64,000 nucleotides of DNA, from assembly GCF_000143415.4 (NCBI RefSeq), contig NW_003314276.1, positions 1,308,366 to 1,372,365 of the forward strand, in the 5' to 3' direction. The notes under the pieces were generated by a model. That model was not told the DNA's origin. It worked only from the letters and a program-made list of their open reading frames with translations, and did no database searches. Every line of letters begins with the position of its first letter. The first letter of the stretch is position 1. Positions 22,423 through 36,400 of this stretch are shown here, in pieces. The position numbers and the translations under genes were made by a program. Origin of the DNA: Selaginella moellendorffii. Lineage: Eukaryota > Plantae > Lycopodiophyta.

Positions 22423-25400
22423 TGTAAGGAACCAACTCTCGAGGTGTCGTAGGCTAAAAGATCCCCAAAGGCACGACCAAAATGATAAAGAGTTCATCGA
22501 ATGGGACTGAGTTTAACATCGAGTCCAAGACTGACTTTGAGACCGAGTTCAAGATAGAGTTCGGGATCAAGTCGAAGGCCAACTCTGAGACCGAGTTCGA
22601 AACCAAGTTCGAGATCTGAGATTGGGTTCAAGACCGAGTCTAAATATTAATATATGTTGTGGGGTGAAAGCCCAAAGCATGTGTCTCCCAAGGGGGGTAC
22701 AGGGGGTTCCAAAAGTATAGTAAAGATAGTGGGGTTTAGGAATTAATTTTAAAGGAATTTTCTAGTGGTGTTTCTAAATTGACTTGAGGTTGAGACTGGG
22801 GTTTAGGGGCCTTAGGTAGGAGTGAGTATAGACTCGGGTAGTACTAGAGGGGCTACCCAAGAAAGTGCTCAAGAGTAACTCCCACTCCCAAAAGGGAAAT
22901 CAATTGCGGTGGTGGAGTGGTGCCCCACTTAAGTACCTTACGACTCATTGGTCCTCACCCCTTTTTAGGGGCTTGTGCCTTCCTTTCGGGATGGAAATGG
23001 GGGAATAGAGGTACCCATACTTGACTATTAGGCTATGGTGTTTCCCACTGGTGCTCTGAAGCAAGTCTTACACCCAAGGTTTGGGATTTAAAAGGTCCAA
23101 TGATCAAGTCTTGTTATACCAAGGGATGTTAAGAACTTGGAGGCTTGGTGTGCTTGGCTACTTGTGCTTATGGGGATTGTAGCCGAATCTTAAGTCCAGT
23201 CTAACCTAGGGAGGGAGATTGGGAGAGATTTGCGAATCCATAGATGGATTGCTAACACTTTGTTGCTTATGTAGTGAATAGCTGAAATCAAATAGGACCA
23301 AGTAGGAGCTAGTACAATAGGCAAGAACCTTAGCGATGAAACTTAACTAAGGGCAAGGCAGTGTTGGTCAAATAGACAAGGCAAGCTGGCAAATTGGAAA
23401 GGAAAAATTTATGACTTACAATTTGGTATCAGAGCCTTTTCTTTAGTTTTAGTGAAGGATAAAGGCCGATTGCTGGGAGATGGCAAAGATAGGGCATAAA
23501 AGAACCAAGGCGAAGACAAAACCTCCTCCAGAGCTGGAGCCTTCAGTCGAACAAGAATCTATGGATGAGGAATCCTTTACATAAGGAAGACTTTAGTGAA
23601 GAAACTTTTAAATAGGAGTCTAGTGGCAAGGTTCAGTTGTCCAAGGCTTGATTGGACGTTCTAGAAGGACAACTGGCACAAACCAATTCCCTGTTAAAAA
23701 CTCTCATACGCAAGCTAAAACATGATGAGAAGCGGAAGAAAAAGCAAAAGACTGCATATGCTGGTAGCGCAAAAGGCATTGCCCCTTTAGTGGGGACTGA
23801 GGCGGAACCGAACAAAGTCGAACAAACTGAAGTGGAATCAATCCCTCGGGGATGGTCTAAAGTTGAGTTGAGCTCACGAGTTAAGCTCAATTCAACACAA
23901 GTCTGCTCAAGTCAACACAGTCAACTAGAAGTCTTACAAAGGAAATCTAAATTGAGCAAATGAAAGTTCTAGCAAACTTTAAAATATTTAAATACGTAAA
24001 TATCTGAGTTAAAAGTTTTTATAAGATTAAATTGTTTAAAAAAGGCAAAGTTCACAAAAACCTATCTTTTATAAAGTTATATTATTTTATTATGACTACT
24101 GCTATAGCTGTTATATTTTGATTTGACTACTTAATATTTTGAATAATTTTACAGCTGTAGATACTATTCCTTCATTCAGAAGATTTTTTAGGGTTCTTGA
24201 GAAGATGGGAAGCAAGGAAAATACAAGATCTATGAGTAGAAGTTGCAATGGAAAAGAATTTGAGAATGCTAATTTTGTTTTACTACCACAATTTCCATAT
24301 TACACTCGTGGTCCTTATTACCCATCTAGGAATGTAGAGACCACTTGATAAAAATGCTTCTGTTATTTCTAAAACAACAATTTAGAGCAAGAGAAATGAA
24401 GAAATGAATAGCAAGGCGGAAAGCATTAAGAAATTTACTCCATAAAACTTTTTATGACATTTATAATTTACATATTAATTCGTATCAAAAGCTTTGTTGC
24501 TTGCCTATATCGCAATCTTCTCATATAATAAGACCAAGGTATATTTTTGCAGTGAATCCTCATTAAAAGTTTTCGAGAGTTGTTTGTGAATAATAATAAA
24601 AGAAATCGAAATCTTTCAAAAGACTCAAAAGTAAAATCATATCAAAGAATCAACTTTATTTACATTTCCAAGACTGAAAAGCAATTTCACATAAGAGAAT
24701 GGTAGCATGCCAATGTGCTCTGCCACTGAAATATGGTCTATATTTCCTTACAATCTATTTCCCTAGACATTTAGCATGTGTAAAAAAGAATATATGTGTA
24801 GCAAAGTAGGATTTCATCATAATGATAAAGTATGTGTATACATGATAATCTAAAATTTTAGAAGCTCTTATGTTTACAAGCAAGCTATGATTATAAAGCC
24901 CCATTTCCAAGACTGATATTTAAAGAATTTGAGTATTTTGAGTATTATCAGTGTCATAATAAATAAACCTCATTCCCAAGACTAAAACTTAGTATATAAA
25001 CTATTTAGAAAAGTTATAGTCATCATAGTTTTTTTGTTCTTCTTGAGCTCCTTGGAAGTTTCCTTTTGAGGAAATATCTTCCGGCGGATGAAATGGTTCC
25101 GTCCCCAAAATATATTCCAGTTCATCCAACGAAATTAGTTGCCGAAGCGCTCCCTCGCAACTGGTACAAGCATTGGCTATTGCAAAATATGGGGTTTTTA
25201 GGCCACCCTATAGTGGAATGTAAGATCTAGAATTACTTTACTATACTATAGTATTGCCACTATTAAAAGAAAATATATAATAAAATGATATTAATTATAG
25301 GTAACATACTTTGTTCTAGAAAGTGCTATCATATCACATATAACTGTTTACAAAATGTTGAAGGAGGAGATGGCAACACACAAGTGCTACAAAGTGATGG

Positions 25401-25744
25401 TGATAGGTGAGAATGATAATTTGCAATTATGATATCTGACATTGACACTGACATCTGACACTTTCACTGACATCTTACAGTTTTACTGACATTTAACACT
25501 TTCACAAACATCTAATATATAACAAGCTTTTCATTTTATGTAAGGATGCAATTAACTTTCTTCTACCTCATCATCAACATATTGATTTCTTTTATGCTTC
25601 CTCCTATATTAGTATTGTGGGGAAGATTCACTTTGCATATGTTGAGCCATGGCTTTGCATAGTCAGGGAGACTTCCAAAGCCTCCAATTCTAGAAACTCC
25701 AAGTGACTGTGATATATAAATAGAATTAAACATATATTGAAATT

Positions 25745-28171
25745 TTAATAAACATAATTCCTTGAGGTTGGAAATCCTCTGAACCGGCGTTTAAAGAAAT
25801 GATGTTCTTCAATAGCAAACACCAACCTACCAAAGTCATGTGCTGCCTCCACTATAGAACCACTACCTACTATGTAATCAATCACAGCACCATCTGATGG
25901 GCAATAGAGCTCAAGTAAGACTTGTATCGCCAATAGAGTTCGAAATCTATACCCTGGAAACGTCTTGCGGATTTGCTCATCCACAAGGTTGGGTATGAAC
26001 TGTTGTACCCAGACAAAACATGTGTTGTATGTTTGCTATCACGAAACCCATCATGTGTGTTTCTGCAGAAAGCATGATAGGTCTATATCATAATCTAGAA
26101 AATAAAAATGTTTAGAAATTAGATAAAAATATATAATACATACTCACCTTTTCAAGCTTCCCTTGGACGCCCCTCATATTGATGCTAATAGGATCCATAA
26201 TGCATCTGGAAGAAAATGCCTTGAAATGCACTTCTGCTACGCATGTCATAAGCTTATACATCCAGTTGGGGTCGTTTGGTAGGATGAAGATGACATGGCC
26301 AATTTCGAGCATAAGTGTTTTGGACAAGAGGAATGCATTGTGCATGTGGTCAGGTGTGAGAAAGTTCCAATCCTCAACTTTCCCATCAATATCTGAAAGA
26401 CCATCTGGAAAGTCAAAGAGAATGAAGTCCGCAACTGGGAGCAAGGGCCTTTGTATCTTTCGGCACCAACGGTTGNNNNNNNNNNNNNNNNNNNNNNNNN
26501 NNNNNNNNNNNNNNNNNNNNNNNNNNNNNNNNNNNNNNNNNNNNNNNNNNNNNNNNNNNNNNNNNNNNNNNNNNNNNNNNNNNNNNNNNNNNNNNNNNNN
26601 NNNNNNNNNNNNNNNNNNNNNNNNNNNNNNNNNNNNNNNNNNNNNNNNNNNNNNNNNNNNNNNNNNNNNNNNNNNNNNNNNNNNNNNNNNNNNNNNNNNN
26701 NNNNNNNNNNNNNNNNNNNNNNNNNNNNNNNNNNNNNNNNNNNNNNNNNNNNNNNNNNNNNNNNNNNNNNNNNNNNNNNNNNNNNNNNNNNNNNNNNNNN
26801 NNNNNNNNNNNNNNNNNNNNNNNNNNNNNNNNNNNNNNNNNNACCTGATCCGGATCTTGGTTGTTTGATGGTTGAACTGAAGCCTGATCCTAGCTGTCTG
26901 GTGGTGGAATGCGAACTTGATCTGGAGCTTTCTCATCTTCGTCTCTATCATCACTGGCATTGCCATCATTGTTAGTATTGACAACTTCCTCGTGATCTAG
27001 TGTACAAGTCTCCTTCCCTAGGAGCTCCAACTCCCAAGGGCATTCTATCTTCCGTGCCTTTGGAACTCTTACAAACATTGTTCGGTACATTCCTCCATCC
27101 TTTACGCCTTTTGTAACAAGTTGAGTGAAAACTAGTGCCTCAAATGGCATGCCTCTATATCAAATATATATGTAAACAATATATATTTAAAAAAAGTCTT
27201 AGAAATCATATTATACCTATAAGTTGCATGTCGCATGAAATAAGGCTGACTATATTGGCAATCATAAATTGTTGTGCTTGTAGACTTCTCTGGCAACCAC
27301 CCCTTTTCGATCCCTTCCAATGATGTATTGATATAGGTGTTGAAAGACATGAATGTGCCATCTAGATCGTCACCAATGTGTGGTGCCAAGAACTTCTCAC
27401 CTTCACTTATAGTTTGCGTGATGTAGACAGCCCTTCTCATTATGTTCTTAAATAGTTCTAACAGTCCTTTCTCTTTGTTCATCAAGCAGACATTGAGGAA
27501 CTCTAGAGTCTCTATCTATTGCTTATATAGAAGTTTCAATTTTGCGATATTGTAAATTATGTCATCTAGAGTTTTGTTCACAGCAAAAGTAACATATGCA
27601 TAATTGAGAAAAATGAAGTGTGATAAGAAACTTACATTCATGAGAAGAAGCTTTGGCTCTAGTCTCTAGCCACTCCTTTGGCCTATGATTGTCTGCAATG
27701 CATACTAGTTTCTTCAACTTTGAAGACTTTGCATGCTGAATTTTATGCTCAATTTATACAAACTTAGTCGAGAGCTCTTCCCGACTCTTCTCCGAATATA
27801 CAAGTTCGTAAGCATCTTGCTTGACCTTCACCAAAGGCTAAAAACCAAAACAATTAAAAGGAGCCCTTATAAAATGAAAGGGAAAGACATACCTTGCACC
27901 ACATAACGAGCATAAAACTGATTGGGTTGTTGAACCAAATTGTACCGCCATTTCGAGTGCGTGAGTGCCAAACAAATGTTGCGAAATCATCATCATAATG
28001 TTGGCAGATGTCATCCTCACTTAAAAGTGAATGTGCCAAAATGAATGTGAAGTAAGAGTCAGTTGTTATCTTCTCATCCTCTTGTAGTTCAAGTGGAGAA
28101 GTCATGCTAGTGTCGGTGCCGAATTCACCAACTCCAGCTCCAACTTCAGCTCCAACTTCAGCAATATTCAA
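25745..28171 (-). pseudogene. Divergent paralog of the methyltransferase-like gene (ParB domain not seen; spans assembly gap)
   Basis: PISFMLVMWCK|PLVKVKQDAY, KKLVCIAD..KEWL, GWLP, ADFILFDFPDGLS (26403-26414), FPGYR...LLELYCPSDGAVIDYIVGSGSIVEAAHDFGRLVFAIEE; colinear with copy A, sharing at least the K|P intron position. Confidence 0.8.
26476..26842. other. Assembly gap (367 N)
   Basis: Run of N. Confidence 1.
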
Positions 28172-28238
28172 AGTCGTTAGTAATGCTTTCCAGTTTTTGC
28201 GCCTCTTAATTGATGTGCACTTGTTTTTGTATAAGCTT

Positions 28239-28990
28239 ATGAGTGAGCTTCCATCCTCCTATAATGGCAACATTTTCTTTGAGCTACCACCACTTGTTAG
28301 CAGTATAGGTTCCAAATGGAAGGGGATGGAAACCAAGCAGGATGTCCACAATTGGTGCAAAATCAAGACCATATACTTCCAACATTTTGAAAGCATAGTG
28401 TCTATAGTTTATTGTGGCGAGCATTTAAATTGTGTGGATGAAGCATGCAATCAAAACCATTGTAGAAATTTTATATTTTTTGAAGGGTCTACAGTCAATC
28501 CTCCAGCCTGTGACACCATTTCTGTTGAATTCAAGTATCCATTCTGCAAAAATGCTCCTCTATGTTATGCTATTTACGAGGCCAAGATGTATTATTTTCT
28601 TCCATGGGATGGAGTGGCTGGAAGAGCTACAGTGTATGTTGGCACACATGCATCTAATGCAAGAAGGGTTACAAAGGAGTTCTCTCAACCGTTTCAAAAA
28701 TGTTGTGTAGGAAGAGACTATAAGAAACTCATTTACAACTCCAAAGCATGTTCAAAAGACTGTCTTCAAGGATTTTATCGCAAACACCTTACTCAATCCA
28801 AGTTGCCAAAAGACTCAACTAAAAAAGACTAGCTTGCGGGACTTATTACGAGGAGTACAACTTGCTACTAGCCTAAGGAGGTACATTCGTTATATTTCAT
28901 ACATTATAATATATCTTTTTATTACATTTTATTGTTTAGGATAAAATCTTGGATATGTGAATCTTGAGAGGGTGGTTTATGTGTGGTTTA
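28239..28990 (+). pseudogene. Truncated Cys/His-rich WRKY/GCM1-like zinc-finger gene, probable transposase N-terminus
   Basis: FFELPP..GM...DVHNWCKIKT..YCGEHLNCVDEAC..FCKNAPLC..AKMYY..RATVYVGTH, followed by a frameshift; no catalytic DDE region visible. Confidence 0.5.
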
Positions 28991-29809
28991 GTTATGCTAT
29001 GCAATGGGATAGTTATTGCATGTCCTATCCCTTAAACCCTGCAAAGAAAGATTGTGAGAGTTAAAATTATCAACACTAGAACCCACAGATATTAGTGTGT
29101 ATTTCCCTCTTTTTGAATGAAAGTATGAATGAAGATCCATAAATTCTAGACAGTATGCTATGACAAACCCCTTAAGAATGTATTCTAGAAAAGAACCAAG
29201 TCTTTCTTTTATATATAATAAGCTTACATCAACAGTTAGTATTTTTTTCCTTTCAAACGGTTATATAGCTTTATATAGAATCTTATTTCAAAATTAATAA
29301 TTTTTTAATTCTGACAAACTTGACATTTACTAGCCAGAAAGCACAAAGTACAGATTTAAGGAAGTGACAAGAATACTTTTTTTACAAACATCTTATTTTA
29401 TATTCTGAAAAATATCCCTATTATGGCATGTAGTAAATATTTAAATTGTTAGAACAAGAAGTATTGTTTAGAATATTTTTATCTATATAATATGTAGAGA
29501 GTTATGAAATTATTAAATTTGCCATAACCTTAATATTTTAAAGTTTTTAATGTTTGTATTAAATTTCAATTGAAACTTTAGTTCAACTCTTCAACTCATG
29601 AGCTTAAGTATAGTCCATGCTCAATTCCTCAAGTAGTTCCTAAGTACAAACCAAAGCCCCCACTGGTCTTCAAGGGAGTGAATGACTATAAAGTGGTAGA
29701 GGATTAATTTTACAATATGGAGGATTACTTTTGAGCATTTGTCTCTCTATTATTTCCTCTTATGTTTTTATTTTATTCTTTTATTCCCTTTTCCGATCCC
29801 TTCGACAGT

Positions 29810-30790
29810 CTTTGTGTTGCAACAATTGACCGACTCATGAAGGAGTATGCCAATCTCTTTGAATTTGACTTGTTTTTTGGGGCTAAGATTGCAACACATC
29901 ATTCTATTCCAACTAGGGATGTGAACTTTATTTTGTGACAAAGTCTGATAGGAGTATTCGTTTCTGCATCAACTATTATTCATTAAATGAAGTGACAATT
30001 TTGGATGTGTACCCTTTTCCTCACATTATTAATTTTGTAAATCATTTGGGGAGAAGTCATTTATTCACCAAGTTAGATCTTGCTTCTAAGTACTAGCAAG
30101 TGCCGATGGCTAAAGAAGATATTCTCAAAACTACTTTTTGTACACTATTTAGTTTGTAAGAGTTTTTGGTGATGCCATTTAGTTTGAACAATACTTCAAT
30201 GACTTTCCAATGGATGATAAACAAAGTTCTTTGTTCCATGATTGAATGATGTATAGTGCTTTTTAGGCAAGGTGCAATATCTTGACTATTTTGTTGATTA
30301 TCTTTCTAATCATATTACACCATTACAAGCATTGTTGAAGTTGTCAACATCATCTTCATTAGGTTTATGGATTGTGAGTGAATGTTTATATATCTCAAAG
30401 AGTTGTTAACAACTCCTCTAGTTTTGGCATATCCTGACTATACTTGACTTTTCATTTTATGCATGGATACTTTTGATATCAGTCTTGGAGGTGTGTTGAT
30501 GCAAGAGAGCCCAAATATGCCTATTCAGTACCATCCTATTACATACATTAGCCTTACAACTAATGAAAGTGAATTACTCTACAATAAAGAAGAAGTGTTT
30601 AGCAATAGTTTAGGGTTTCAAAAAACTTTATGGTTTTTGGATATTATTATAAGGTAATCATGCTACAGTTACTTCTTTATTAAAGCAAAAGAACTTGGTT
30701 GGTCATATTGTTCGATGAGCTTTGAAGTTTCAAATATGAAAGTTTAATATTGTTCATCGCCTAGGGAGTGATGTTGACGCCCTTTTTTAA
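29810..30790 (+). mobile_element. Degenerate Ty3/gypsy RT/RNase H fragment
   Basis: IRFCINYYSLNEVT..YPFP, FTKLDLAS, EFLVMPFSLNN, PLVLAYPD, LGGVLMQ with stops. Confidence 0.85.
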
Positions 30791-33410
30791 ACTCCTTTTC
30801 CTTCTTTACTCTCTTCTCATATTTTTTATGAACTTGTTATTTTAGTATTTGTGGACTTTTTAGATGAGGATACTATGGATCAGTACTATTGCACTAAGCC
30901 TTTTTTTTCTTTGAAAAGCTACTTAAACTGTCTAGTTTGGCATACATTGCCAATAAACTCAAGTTCAAATTGTTTAGCCAACAATTTTTTGAGAAAAATC
31001 CAAAAGAAGAAGGAATGGAGTTTGTTTAATATAGAAAATATAATTACTTACTCTAGAATTCTTTCATTTTGAGCAAGTTCTCTCTTGGGCTTTTAAGGGA
31101 TACATTTTTCAATAGTGTATCACAATTTTTCTAAACATACATAAATAGGAAAATTGGGCACTTGTAACTTTTGTCTTCAACTCCAACTTAAAAAGAGCTA
31201 AAGCCAGCTTTAGTGAAGAACAAATTAAGGAATTATTCACCCAAATCTTATGAGGCTTTGACAGATGCAAAATCATAATTAGAACATTATGCTATCTCAA
31301 AGCTTTAATCCAAGGTACTTTAGCTTGGACAACTACTTAAACATGGTTTGAGAGTAGATTTATCCCGAATTTAAGTCTCCCACATATATTGCAAGAGTCT
31401 ATGAGACTTGAACAAGATTCATAAGTAAAAAATTTAGAAGTGCTTATCATGAACCACTCTAACTGTTTGAACCATTCTACACTTAAGGCTCATCTCTTAT
31501 ACATAAAAAGCTTACTCAAATATTTGAGACTCAAAAATTTGTCATACAAGCTTTGTATTGACCATTAATGCCTATTGGCAAGAGGCTAGAGAAAAATTTA
31601 CCTTGAAGAGTAGTTTTTGTCTAGATTTGAAGCAAAGTCTTTCACAAATTAGCTATCATATGCTTAAAAAGCTACCTAATATAATTCCACAAGTAAATTA
31701 ATCAGAATAGGCTATCGTGCACTAGACAATTTAACCCTTATGTTGATTCTATAAAGCAATTTCACGGAATGATCTCTATGCCTCGTTCAAATTAATCCCT
31801 AGTGTTGATCTATTTAAAAAAGGTTTGCCTAAAATTTGCCAAGAGTAATAGGCCACTCTTTCTAATTTCACAGTTGTAAAGACAAAGTTAATTGTAAGCC
31901 AGAGGGTAAGACCCACTGTGAAGCAAACAAACTATTCTAGAATTGACTCTCACGTGCTACAGACCTTTCACTAAATTAATCATAAACACAAACAAAAAGG
32001 GAAGGTCCTTTTGCGCACCTAGATGGAGAGATTGAGGATTGTCAGAAGATATATTTTACTTATGGACCCAGACAGAAGTTGGTTAATCCCAACTAGGCAA
32101 AAGTATAAGAAAACAAAAATTAAACTATCTTGTGTGCCTAATTAAGCCAACGAATGATAAATTTAACGAAATTTCTTAAATAACTCAATAAATTGAGATA
32201 TTTGACAATATTCTGCTCAAGGTATACAAAAGTTTGACTCTTGGTACCTTTACTATTGTTAAAGAAGGTGTGATAATACACCTAGATTGCTTTGTAGGTA
32301 CATAGTGTAAACGAAATCTATACTAGTTGCAAAAAAAAACATTTTCTGTCAAATTTTAATGAGCACAATGGTAATTACAAGAATAGCAATAAACACCGCT
32401 ATCATATATCCATCCTTTTTTGAAATTAAAGGAAAGGACCCACAATTGTATATTGAGCAATACATATAAGCAATTAAACTCAATCAAACAAATGGGCAAA
32501 CAAAATTTTTTTTCCACTATACGTTAAAAAACAAAGCCAAAAATTGGTACTATGACAATGATGTTAAAAGTCTTGGCATATTTAATGAGCAAATAAAATT
32601 TTTCTTTAAAGCGTTCTCCATGGAAACAAACCCAGGAGAAAACTATAATGAGTTGCAAAAGCTTCATCAAGGAAATTCTAAGACAATCTAGGAATATACA
32701 ATTCAATTCAATAAGTGTTATAAACATTCTAAAGACTTAATATTATGCCTATATATACAGGGCCTTAAAAACATTTATCGTGAATATGTGATAAAGAGAG
32801 TTTATATAGATTTTGATGACTTGAAAAAAGCCATGATTGCCTACCAAGATTTCATAAAACAATATGACATAGTAGATATAGTAAAATCAGACGAAAAAAT
32901 GACTCCTATAAACAAAGAAACTAATCATCTAAAAAAGCCTTAAATTGCAAATTAATCTCAAATAAGGGATTTGGTGCACAAGATGCAAAAATGAAAATCA
33001 TAACAAGAGAGAATGCAAACTCCAATTGATCAAGTGCCAAATTTATGAAAAAGAATGGATTCAGCTAAGGAATGTAGAATCTTGTTTAAACAACTAAGAA
33101 GCTAAACTGAGTTGATAAAACAACACATAAGCAAAGCTATCCACCTAACAATAGAAATTATTGTAGGAGGAACAATTACAATGATAAAATTGAAGTGCCA
33201 AACATGAATACCCATGTGCTGAAAGGCAAGAGCACCATCGGGATTATCCGTCTAAGGGTAATTTTTGAGATTATCCACCTAGTCATGAGGAAAATAAGCC
33301 TAAAGATTATAATTGGCATAGAGAATACAATCAATCTAGAGGTTACAATAGGCCTAGATATTATGAAAAGCTAAAAGAGTATGATCAAGCTAAGACTCCT
33401 ACTTGGTATT

Positions 33411-36400
33411 TGTGAGACACAAAATCCCTAGGCCCCAAAGTGGAGCCGAAAGGGTGCCACGTGGTAGTGGCCGAAGCAAAAGCCAAACAAGCATAACACG
33501 TTTGGACTAAAAGGCTCCGACTTGAAAGGTCGAGAGCGGGAATGGAACTCCCAATGGAGTGCTCAAGGAACGAGCATGAAGCGAGCAATAAGCGAGGCTC
33601 AAAAAAGGGACCCAAAAAGACCAACACATCACACGTGGAAGTGTCCGAGATGGAGTCCAAGATGGACCCGAGTTGGAGTCCGAGATGGAGTCCAAGGTGG
33701 ACCTGACATGGAGTCCGAGATGGACACGAGTTGGAGTCTGAGGTGGAGTCCGAGATGGAGTCCGAGATGGACCGAGATGGAGTCCGAGAAGGACCCGAGA
33801 TGGAGTCCGAGATGGACCGAGATGGAGTCCGAGATGGAGTCTAAGATGGACTCGAGATGGAATCTGAGATGGAGTCCGAGATGGACCCGAGATGGAGTCC
33901 GAGGTCAAGACCGAGACCAGGACTGAGACCGAGACCGGGACCGAGACCGAGACCGGGACAGAGACCGAGGCCGAGGCCAAGACCGAGCCTGAGCCCGAGT
34001 CCGAGTCCGAGTCCGAGTCTAAGTCCGAGTTTGAGTCTGAGAGGGTGAAAGCCCAAAGCGTTCGTCTCCCAGACCCTGGGGGGTTTGGTGAGCTCCAAAA
34101 GTATAGTAAGGGGTAGGGTTGCAGTGGAGCTAGTTTGGCCAGGAAAGGCTAGTTTGGCCCAAGAAAGGCCAGACCCAGTGTTGGGTGATGAACTGACCAC
34201 TGGGAAGTCCAAGACTAGAGTGAATACAGACCGACAAGCGTGGTAGCTTGGTGAAGTGTTCAAGAGCCAGCTCTAGTTCCCCCGGGAGATCGACTAGCCG
34301 ATGCTCCCAGTCCAAGTGTGGGTGGCACTACCTACTTGGATACCTGGTGTGGCTCAACGGAACCTCACTCTAAGCCCATAGCTAGAGCACCTAAAGGCAG
34401 AAGGTGGGGAGAGTACCCACGGGGCTTGCGTAGGGCCACGGTGTTCCGAAATGTTGTCCCAAAGTCCCAAATGGGGGAAAGGAGGAGGAATAGTCCTCTA
34501 GTGTAGTGACTACGGATATGGTCACATAGTGAGGAAGTCCCAGAGGACAATGGGACTTAGTGGCCGGGTCTGCGGGCCTTGATCTAGTGGCAGTGTTGGT
34601 GAACATGGCCATGGACGGAAGAGGGACTTGGCAAGAACTGACAAAGGGATGTTGGGGAAGGCTATTCCCATGTCTGTGGGCATCCTAAGGATGCTAAGGA
34701 GTGGATCTGGGATGACCATTTGTGGACGGATGCCCCAGTCTTGGAGAGACGAGATTGTGATGCAAGTGGTATTGGACCACCAGTGCAATAAAGGTGAATG
34801 GGCATGGCTTTAGTGTAACGGGCCGATATGTCAATGGTACCTTTGGGTGTCGGTCTTGGGACTGGACACATGGAGCACTTGGACCAAGTGCAAGGGATGA
34901 GTGGCATGGATGCCATTCTCGGGACTAGCAGGTCCCAAGTCCTGAATTGGACTTAAGGAGGTTGTGAATGAGACTCCTCCAAGTGGGCAGAGGTGTGGTT
35001 AAGTGACTAAAGTAGAATGGAAAATTTAGTCGCTTACAACTTTATATCCGAGCTATTCCTTAGTCTGACTTTTATTGGTGGCCAAATATATCACCACTTG
35101 TATTGGAATTGGAAAGTCCTAAATATGGACCTATCCTTGAGGAGTAGCATGTCGAGAGGACATGGCTCTCCACTCAAGTTCATGTGTGAACTTGTGCACA
35201 ATGTGGTGGATGGAAAAGGGCCAGTAAGGGGACGACTTTGGGATCTTGGGAATAGTATAAGGGTTTCCTTAGAGAGCTAAGGATGTGATCCAGATGAGTG
35301 TTTGATGCAGCAAACGGGTTAATGTAGTTGTGGTAAACAACTATAGTTGGGATCATGGGAAAGATGCAGACTCCAAAAAAATAAAGGAGTCACAAGATTA
35401 CCCTTATATAGTTGAGGCTGGTATTCATAAATTTCAGATCGGAATTGGTGACCATGGGAGGTCAAATACAGAAGAGGACACAAGTCCTCGAAATGGTAGC
35501 CGAGGCTACCTCTAATAAATGCTGGAACAACCCAAGGAGTTGGGGGTGTACTTAGAGGATGAGTTGGTATACTCATCACATGAACAAGTGGTTCTAAGCG
35601 GCAAAAGGTTGCCCCAAGAGAACAAATCAAATGTTGGAGTAACACTTGCAAAAATGGTCCTTGTGAGTAGGATCTGAATACAAGAAGTTGTATTCTAGTG
35701 AGCTAGCATCTCAAAGGTAGGACCTCACGGGTCGTCGGATGATAAAGTCCAAAAAGCTGGATAACTCAAATACGAGTCAAGGAATAATCCTAAGGGATTG
35801 GTTGAAGCATTTGGACTGAGGTGTATGGTGCCCCCTGAGGTATGGGAAGGATCATAAGATCCAAGTATGAGAATATTAAGTATCTCATTGATGGCAGAAT
35901 GTGCCATACTAAAGTTGTGGGAAAGATGTTCTTAGAAGAAAGCAACTTTGGCCTAGAGTTGGGTGCAAACACTATGGTGCAGTGCTAACGGATAGTTAGT
36001 ATGAGAAGCAACCATATTGGTCTTAGCAAAGACCTAGACATTAATAAGTAGTGTCATAAAGATAGGCTCGTAGGCTAATAGTGTGAAGACACCAAATGTG
36101 CCAAGGTGTGATACCTTGAGGTTATGTTGGTGGGTTCATAAGAACCCCTTGCCAAAGGGAATCCCAACGGAAATGGGAATGGCATAGCCTAAGCTGGAAG
36201 GCATGTGGTAGAGTGTGGTGACTAAAACAATGATGGAGGTGTGGAAGCACCAGCAATGAGTTATAGGACTTGACAACTATGAGGCAACTAAGCAAAAGGT
36301 GCAAGATAATTTGTGAAACTGGAAGAAGGTAACTACCTAAGACATCTTAATGGTATAAAGAAGTTAGATATACCCTTATGCAGAATAAATTACTTATGTT

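Larger units (their letters stand above)
23848..29622. mobile_element. DNA transposon copy B with short imperfect TIRs and 8-bp TSD (probably internally deleted)
   Basis: TSD AATCCCTC (23840-23847) / AATTCCTC (29623-29630); ends GGGGATGGTCTA and TAGTCCATGCTC; subterminal AACTCRTGAGCT motif near both ends. Confidence 0.85.
22423..29740 (+). mobile_element. Truncated Ty3/gypsy element: ~1-kb LTR (22423-23420), PBS, gag start interrupted by transposon B
   Basis: TGTAAG...CTTACA; PBS TGGTATCAGAGC 23424-23435; gag frame ESIP|QVVPKYKPKPPLVFKGVNDYKVVED*FYNMEDYF rejoins exactly after removing B and one TSD. Confidence 0.85.

Noticed and set aside
26112-26984. 290/229/174-aa ORFs
   Set aside because: Lengths inflated by the N gap; only the flanking minus-strand exon is meaningful.
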